Assembly: GCA_963764165.1 (NCBI GenBank)
Contig: CAVXRD010000003.1
Location: forward strand, 352,001-416,000
Length of the DNA stretch: 64,000 bases
Direction: 5' to 3'
Origin: an uncultured Verrucomicrobiae bacterium
GTDB taxonomy: Bacteria > Verrucomicrobiota > Verrucomicrobiia > Limisphaerales > Palsa-1400
A model generated the notes under the pieces. That model had not been told where the DNA came from, ran no database searches, and saw only the letters and a list, made by a program, of their open reading frames with translations. Position 1 is the stretch's first letter, and the number at the start of each line of letters is the position of its first letter. This document shows positions 58,120 to 64,000 of the stretch, piece by piece. A program made the translations under genes and the position numbers.

Positions 58120-59532
58120 TTAGACTTCCCAGCCCTTGCGATATTTTCCGCGGATGAGTTCTTTCGCCTCGGGCGCGTTTGTCACGCGCAGATGCTTGGA
58201 ATCCCAATGCAGTTTCTTGCCCAAGCGAATTGCGAGATTGCCTAGCAAAACCCACTCGGTGAATGGGCCGGAGATTTCAAAATTGGAGCACGCCGCGGGT
58301 CCGCCTTTGCACGCGCGGATCCAGTCTTTGTGCGGGCTGTCATCTGGCACGCGCGGAATTGTTTGCGGCGGACGCTTGTAATCGGCCATGGTGGATTCTG
58401 GAAGCAACTTCGGGCTGGCTCCGTAAACGCCAGCAATCAGTTTGCCTTTGTCGCCGATAAAAAGAATTCCGTTGCTGTCCAATTTTTCCGCTTCCATTTC
58501 GGCTGGTTTCGGCGGCTTCTGGCCGGAGTCATACCACGTCAATGTGCAAGGCGGCATCTCACCCCGCGCGGGAAATTCGTAGCGCAAAATCGACATCTCC
58601 GGCGGCATTTCCGGCACGATCTGCGATGATGAAACCATCTCCACTGTATCGGGCGGCCCGAGTTTCAGGGCCATTTGCGGGCAATCCATGATGTGGCAAG
58701 CCATGTCGCCCAGCGCGCCGCAGCCGAAATCCCACCAACCGCGCCAATCGAATGGATGATAAACATTCTTGCCGAGACGCGTTTGAAATTGCGCGGGCCA
58801 TTCGTGGAGAAAAGGCCGCATCGGTGCTGGCCCAATCCACAAATCCCAATCGAGATAGGCGGGCACCGGGTCGGAGCCAGGCGGACGCGTTGTGCCCTGC
58901 GCCCACCAACCTTTGGCGCGGTCGGTCCAGCAATGGACTTCGCGCACCTGGCCGATGGCGCCGGACCAAATCATTTCGCACATCTCGCGAATGCCCTTGC
59001 CCGAATGGCCCTGGTTGCCCATTTGCGTGGCCACGCCCATCTTGCGCGCCGCCAGCGTCAATTGCCGCGCCTCCCAAACCGTGTGCGTCAGCGGTTTCTC
59101 GACGTAAACGTGCTTGCCCGCATGAATCGCGCGAATCGCCGCCGGGGCGTGATGATGATCGGGCGTGGCGACAGTGACGGCGTCGATAGTCTTCTCCTTT
59201 TCCAGCATGACACGATAATCGCGATACGTCCGTGCGCCCGGATACAATTTCAATGCGTCATGCAGGCTGTTCTCATCCACGTCGCACAGCGCGACAATGT
59301 TTTCTCCAGAGACGCCCTTCAAATCCGCCGCGGCGCGGCCATTTGTGCCGATGCCGGCAATATCGAGTTTTTCGTTGGGCGATTTGAAATTGGGCCGCGC
59401 CATCAATTCCGGCACGGACAAGCCGAGCGCGCCCGCGGCCAGAGCCGTCGTGTAAATAAAGTGGCGGCGATTGATTTGCAGTGTAGACCGTTCGGTGCGA
59501 ACGACTTTGAATGAGCTGTTTTCATCAGGCAT
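58120..59532 (-). CDS. Gfo/Idh/MocA family oxidoreductase, Tat-exported
   Basis: Tat motif NRRHF; ATPDHHH, HVYVEKP, QMGNQ, DWDLWIGPAP and GALGDMACH. Confidence 0.95.
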   Translation of the reverse strand: MPDENSSFKVVRTERSTLQINRRHFIYTTALAAGALGLSVPELMARPNFKSPNEKLDIAGIGTNGRAAADLKGVSGENIVALCDVDENSLHDALKLYPGARTYRDYRVMLEKEKTIDAVTVATPDHHHAPAAIRAIHAGKHVYVEKPLTHTVWEARQLTLAARKMGVATQMGNQGHSGKGIREMCEMIWSGAIGQVREVHCWTDRAKGWWAQGTTRPPGSDPVPAYLDWDLWIGPAPMRPFLHEWPAQFQTRLGKNVYHPFDWRGWWDFGCGALGDMACHIMDCPQMALKLGPPDTVEMVSSSQIVPEMPPEMSILRYEFPARGEMPPCTLTWYDSGQKPPKPAEMEAEKLDSNGILFIGDKGKLIAGVYGASPKLLPESTMADYKRPPQTIPRVPDDSPHKDWIRACKGGPAACSNFEISGPFTEWVLLGNLAIRLGKKLHWDSKHLRVTNAPEAKELIRGKYRKGWEV

Positions 59533-59608
59533 AATTCTCAATTAACCCAACTCGCGCGGAAAAAGCCAGACCCATCTAAATCGCGGGCGGCGGCAAAAAA
59601 ATAAAAAG

Positions 59609-59991
59609 TTTGAACAGGAGGAAGACCGAGGGCGCGGAGATGAAATAAAATCGTTGGGGCGAAAGGAGGCGCGATTGAAAGTGCGCGCTGGGCGCAGGCC
59701 GACAGGCGGAGCGCGGCTGTGTCGAAGACCAGCCGCAGCCGCTCCGACATAAATGGCGCGTGGAATGATTTCCGGCGGCTCGTCAGTCGCGGTTTCGAAG
59801 TTTTGACATGGTTTTCGGAGATGGCCATCGCAAGATTTGTTTTCGGTAGTTTGAGTGTTGCTGCGGCTGGTCTTCGACACAGCCGCGCTCAAAACGAAAT
59901 CCGCGGCAATCTCACCTACGCCTCACCCACTTTCGATCGCAACCGCAAAAAAGGCCTTTTTCTCTGTTCTCTCTGCTATCCTCCTGTTCAA
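59609..59991. repeat. Nested inverted-repeat element (outer TTGAACAGGAG family, inner 31-bp pair)
   Basis: Outer pair 59609-59640 / 59961-59991; inner perfect pair GAGCGCGGCTGTGTCGAAGACCAGCCGCAGC at 59709-59739 / 59860-59890. Confidence 0.85.
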
Positions 59992-60009
59992 TTTCAGAGT
60001 CCTGCGCAC

Positions 60010-60987
60010 CTAAATCGCGAGATGGCAAGCGGCTGAGTGGCCGGGGCTAATCTCCCGCAACGCAGGCACTTCGCGCTTGCAACGGTCTTCGGCAATGGGA
60101 CAGCGCGGGTGGAACGGGCAGCCGGGAGGGGGACGGATGGGTGATGGCATTTCGCCAGGGACCACGACGCGCGCTTTTTGTTTGCGTGGGTCCATTTCTG
60201 GAACGGCGGAGATCAATGCTTGCGTGTAGGGATGTTTTGGATTGCCCACCACTTCGGCGGAAGGGCCAATTTCCACCACCTTTCCCAAATACATCACCAT
60301 GATTCGCCTGCTGATGCGTTCGACCACGGCCAAATCGTGCGCGACGAAAAGATAAGCCACGCCGCGCTGCTCCTGAAGGTCTTGCAGAAGGTTCACAATT
60401 TGCGCCTGCACGGAAACGTCCAGCGCGCTCACCGGCTCGTCGCAAATAATCAATTTCGGATCCACCGCCAACGCCCGCGCAATGCCGATGCGCTGGCGCT
60501 GCCCGCCGCTGAATTCATGCGGATACGAATCGGCATCCGCGCCATTCAATCCGACCGATTCCAAAAGCGCCCTCACGCGATCGTTCTGATCCTTGGCGCT
60601 TGCGGCCAGACCGTGAATTTCCAGCGCTTCGCCGATGATATGCCCGACCGTCATGCGCGGATCGAGCGAGTTGAATGGATCCTGGAAAATCATCTGCCAC
60701 TTGCGGCGGCGCGAGCGCAACTGTGCCGCATCCCATCGCGTGATGTCCTCGCCGTCAAGAAGAATGCTCCCGGAAGTCGGCTCAAGGAGGCGCATGAGCG
60801 CGCGGCCGAGCGTCGTTTTGCCGCAGCCGCTTTCCCCGGCCAAGCCAAGCGTCTCGCCAGCGGAGAGCGAAAAACTTACGCCGTCGACCGCTTTGACCCA
60901 TTCGCGGGTCTTGCTCAAAATGCTGTGCTTGACAGGAAAATGAACCTTCAAATCCTTCACCTCCAGCAATGGCGCGGCGGAGTTCAT
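60010..60987 (-). CDS. Dipeptide/oligopeptide ABC transporter ATP-binding protein (OppF/DppF type)
   Basis: [29 protein letters not shown] and [12 protein letters not shown] overlap with the upstream gene. Confidence 0.93.
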   Translation of the reverse strand: MNSAAPLLEVKDLKVHFPVKHSILSKTREWVKAVDGVSFSLSAGETLGLAGESGCGKTTLGRALMRLLEPTSGSILLDGEDITRWDAAQLRSRRRKWQMIFQDPFNSLDPRMTVGHIIGEALEIHGLAASAKDQNDRVRALLESVGLNGADADSYPHEFSGGQRQRIGIARALAVDPKLIICDEPVSALDVSVQAQIVNLLQDLQEQRGVAYLFVAHDLAVVERISRRIMVMYLGKVVEIGPSAEVVGNPKHPYTQALISAVPEMDPRKQKARVVVPGEMPSPIRPPPGCPFHPRCPIAEDRCKREVPALREISPGHSAACHLAI

Positions 60988-61940
60988 GGGCAATTCCAGT
61001 ACGGGCAGCGCACTTGCCGCCCCGGTTCGACGGTGATTAATTCGGGAGCATTCGTCGCGCAATCGGGCCGCGCCATCGAACATCGCGGATGAAACCGGCA
61101 GCCCGACGGCGTTGCGCCGGGGCGCGGGACGTTGCCGGGAATATTGGCAAGGCGCCCTTGGGACGCTCCGAGCTTCGGCGCCGCCGCAATCAACGCGCGC
61201 GTGTACGGATGAAGCGGTTTTCGCAACAAGTCCCGCGCAGGCGCGGTCTCCACGATCTGCCCCGCATACATCACCGCGACGCGATCCGCCATTTGCCCGA
61301 CGATGCCGAGATTATGCGTGATGAGAAGGAGGCTCATGCAAAGGCGCTGCTGAATTTCCTTCAGCAAATCGAGAATCTGCGCCTGGATGGTGACGTCGAG
61401 CGCGGTCGTCGGCTCGTCGGCCACGAGAAGTTTGGGTTCGGCGGCAAGCGCCATGGCGATCATCACGCGCTGTTGCATGCCGCCGGACATTTCGTGCGGA
61501 TAATTTTTCGCGCGTGATTCGGGCGCGGGAATTCCCACCAGCTTCAGCAGCCGCGCCACTTCGGCGTCAGTTGCTTTCGCAGGCTGGTGCAATTTCAGAG
61601 ACTCCTTGATCTGCCGTCCCACGCGAAAAACAGGATTCAACGAAGCGCCCGGTTCCTGAAAAATATAACTGACACCTGACCCGCGAAGCGCACGCAGATC
61701 TTTCGGCTTTGCCTTGAGAACATCCTGGCCATCGAACCAAATTTCTCCGCCCGCGTAAACCGCCGGAGGCGAAGCGAGCAATCTGCCGATGCTCAGCGCC
61801 GTCACGCTCTTGCCCGAACCGCTTTCGCCGACCAGGCCAAGCGTCTCGCCGGCGCCGATGGAAAACCCGACACCATCCACCACCCGGACAGACCCGCGGT
61901 CTGAGCGGAATTCGATTTGCAGATTTTTAATCTCCAGCAA
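60984..61940 (-). CDS. Dipeptide/oligopeptide ABC transporter ATP-binding protein (OppD/DppD type)
   Basis: [25 protein letters not shown] and GCRFHPRC. The start is uncertain; TTG at 61940 was chosen because the track start runs into repeats. Confidence 0.9.
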   Translation of the reverse strand: MLEIKNLQIEFRSDRGSVRVVDGVGFSIGAGETLGLVGESGSGKSVTALSIGRLLASPPAVYAGGEIWFDGQDVLKAKPKDLRALRGSGVSYIFQEPGASLNPVFRVGRQIKESLKLHQPAKATDAEVARLLKLVGIPAPESRAKNYPHEMSGGMQQRVMIAMALAAEPKLLVADEPTTALDVTIQAQILDLLKEIQQRLCMSLLLITHNLGIVGQMADRVAVMYAGQIVETAPARDLLRKPLHPYTRALIAAAPKLGASQGRLANIPGNVPRPGATPSGCRFHPRCSMARPDCATNAPELITVEPGRQVRCPYWNCP

Positions 61941-61982
61941 CGGCAGGAAAGTTACGGTTCTGCGCCAGCCTATGACGAGGTT

Positions 61983-62284
61983 ATTTTGAACAGGAGGCGG
62001 ACCGAGGGCGCAGAGATAAAACATTATCCGATCAGCGATGGGGAATTGAAAAAGGGTCAAAGGTAGGGACGCCTCGCCGAGGCGTCCGAGGGCGTGGCAG
62101 CTTTCAAGCGCGATCTTCCTCTCAAAAGATTCGCGCCAAAAAAGCTTATTGGCTGAGTCTCAGTCCGAAATTAAACGCTGGCAAACCTTCACGCCCCCGG
62201 ACGCCTCGGCGAGGCGTCCCTACCTTGAACTTCAGTCGCACCGGCGTTTTTCTCTGCGCTCTCGGTTTTTCTCCTGTTCAAAAT
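61983..62284. repeat. Nested inverted-repeat element (outer TTGAACAGGAG family, inner REP family B doublet)
   Basis: Outer pair 61983-62016 / 62251-62284; inner perfect 29-bp pair 62060-62088 / 62198-62226. Confidence 0.88.
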
Positions 62285-62290
62285 TTCCGA

Positions 62291-63997
62291 TCAGTCGTGA
62301 TCCATTTTCGCCGGAACAATTTGACGATTGGGCGGAAGTTTTTCGGGAGGAACGACGCCGCAACGGCTTGCCCATGCTTCGTACATAGCGGACAATTTTT
62401 CGACATCCGCAGGGCGGGCACCAGCGAGATTGGTCAACTCCGTGCGATCCACCGCAGTGTCGTAAAGTTCCCATGGACCCGGGTGGCGGGAGACAAGCTT
62501 GAGCGAGCCAAATCGAACGGCGCGATTGCCTTCGTGTTCCCAAAAGAGCGGGCGCAATTCACGGGTCTTCCCTTCGAGAATTGGAAGGAGACTGCGGCCT
62601 TCCAGCGGGGTGAGATCGTTTCCATTGTACGATTTCGGATACGCCACTCCAGCGACATCGAGGCACGTCGCCATGATATCGGTGATGTGTCCGGTTTGCC
62701 GCGTGATAGTCCCCTGCCCTTGCACGTTCGCAGGCCACGACACAATGAACGCCGTCGAAATTCCGCCCTCGTGCGTGAAATGTTTATAGAGGCGGAAAGG
62801 CGTATCGCTGACATTGGCCCATGGCACGCCGTAGCTCTGCCAGACGTCTTCGGGGCCGGCCCAAATGTTTGGAGTGTTGCCGACGCGCACCGTCGCGCCG
62901 CTTCGCGTTTTGCTCGGCACATCATACCAATCGGGCTGGATGACTTCCGCGCACGCGCCGTTGTCGGAAAGGAAAAGCACCAGTGTGTTCTGCTCAACGT
63001 TTTTGTCTTTGAGCGCCTTCATCACACGGCCAATGCCCGCATCCATCTTCTCGATCATCGCCGCGTAAGTTGCCATGCGATTGGCCTGCCAATCTTTGTT
63101 CGCGACGTTTTCCCAATCCCGAACGTCGCTGTCGCGCGGCGAAAGCCGCCAATCTGGCTCGATGATTCCCGTTTCGAGCTGCCGTTTGTAGCGGTTCGTG
63201 CGAATGACGTCCCAGCCGACCGCGTAAGTCGTGCGATTCCGGGTGATGTCCGCCTCGGGCGCTTGCAGCGGCCAATGCGGCGCGGTGTAAGCGAGGTAGA
63301 GAAAGAACGGCTTCTGCTTTCCGCCATAACGCTCCACGTCCGCCACCGCGTGATCGGTCAATGCGTCTGTATAATAGAAATTTGTTCCTTCCGCGCGAAT
63401 GGGCGTGTTGTTGCTGACGAGCGAGAACGGCGCCCAATAACTGTTCACGCCGTGGATGGTTCCATAATATTCCTCGAACCCGCGCTGCAGCGGCCAGCCA
63501 TCCTTGCTTTCCCAAAACGGTTCGTTCGATTCAAAATTCAACTGCTTTTTGCCGTCGAAATAAATGTGGTTGAGATGCCATTTCCCGACCATCAGCGTCT
63601 GGTATCCCGCGCCGCGCAGCAATTCGGCTATGGTTGCGCAATGGTGATTCAGTTCGCCGCGATAACCGGGAATCCCCTTGTCCTCCATCATCGCCCCGAC
63701 ACCGGTTTGCTGCGGATAAAGTCCTGTCAACAACGCGGCGCGAGACGGACAGCAGCGGGGCGTGTTGTAAAATTGCGTGAATCGCATCCCGCGGCTCGCA
63801 AGTTTGTCGAGATTCGGCGTCGGAATTTCTGACCCGTAGCAGCCGAGGTCGGAAAATCCCATGTCATCGGCGAGGATGACGATGATGTTGGGGCGCGGAG
63901 CGGCGCTGAGATTGGTGGCAAAAAGTCCCGCAAGAATCATCAAAAAGCACGGTAGGGCGAGGCTCCTGCCGAGCCATCTTCGTAGCGCAGATTTCAA
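62291..63997 (-). CDS. Arylsulfatase (Cys-type, formylglycine-dependent)
   Basis: PNIIVILADDMGFSD, RCCPSRAALLTG, GKWH, APHWP and SDNG. The start is uncertain because the frame stays open to the window edge. Confidence 0.95.
   Translation of the reverse strand: MKSALRRWLGRSLALPCFLMILAGLFATNLSAAPRPNIIVILADDMGFSDLGCYGSEIPTPNLDKLASRGMRFTQFYNTPRCCPSRAALLTGLYPQQTGVGAMMEDKGIPGYRGELNHHCATIAELLRGAGYQTLMVGKWHLNHIYFDGKKQLNFESNEPFWESKDGWPLQRGFEEYYGTIHGVNSYWAPFSLVSNNTPIRAEGTNFYYTDALTDHAVADVERYGGKQKPFFLYLAYTAPHWPLQAPEADITRNRTTYAVGWDVIRTNRYKRQLETGIIEPDWRLSPRDSDVRDWENVANKDWQANRMATYAAMIEKMDAGIGRVMKALKDKNVEQNTLVLFLSDNGACAEVIQPDWYDVPSKTRSGATVRVGNTPNIWAGPEDVWQSYGVPWANVSDTPFRLYKHFTHEGGISTAFIVSWPANVQGQGTITRQTGHITDIMATCLDVAGVAYPKSYNGNDLTPLEGRSLLPILEGKTRELRPLFWEHEGNRAVRFGSLKLVSRHPGPWELYDTAVDRTELTNLAGARPADVEKLSAMYEAWASRCGVVPPEKLPPNRQIVPAKMDHD
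63950..63977. repeat. REP family A unit within the 5' end of the sulfatase ORF
   Basis: 28-bp identity with 7048-7075. Confidence 0.85.
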
Positions 63998-64000
63998 AAT

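Noticed and set aside
59538..60036. Small ORFs in repeat-rich intergenic regions (also 50679-50933, 62149-62388, 49361-49564)
   Set aside because: They are translations of palindromic repeats or terminators, with no coding evidence.

Overview
Bacterial chromosomal window of fairly high GC. The GloVer-repeat protein, DUF1080-ThuA, Tat-exported Gfo/Idh/MocA, 'TN'-rich secreted proteins and repeat families point to Verrucomicrobiota, probably subdivision 3 (inference). In order: (1) the 3' part of a large membrane protein gene; (2) a tightly coupled 10-gene minus-strand operon (17140->5112) encoding two substrate-binding/OmpA fusions, a vWA protein, a 2OG-Fe(II) dioxygenase, an ARC/Mpa-type AAA+ ATPase, a membrane coiled-coil protein, TelA and a TauT/NitT-type ABC transporter; (3) DUF72, a ROK kinase gene split by an intact 823-bp IS5-family element, otsB and toxin-antitoxin remnants; (4) a ~7,800-aa secreted multi-domain surface protein; (5) lepB-lepA, a PAS/Zn-finger sensor, a PaaK-like/epimerase/DUF1080-ThuA cluster, a GloVer protein, an oxidoreductase, two peptide ABC ATPases and a sulfatase. 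Intergenic regions carry several palindromic REP-like families, two loci being nested. The best candidate for an undescribed system is the TelA operon: its proteasome-type ATPase lacks the Pup-binding coiled coil and the GQYL tail and has a MIB/HERC2-like domain inserted in its OB fold. No rRNA, tRNA or CRISPR array was recognised. All domain calls come from motif recognition by eye; no searches were run.
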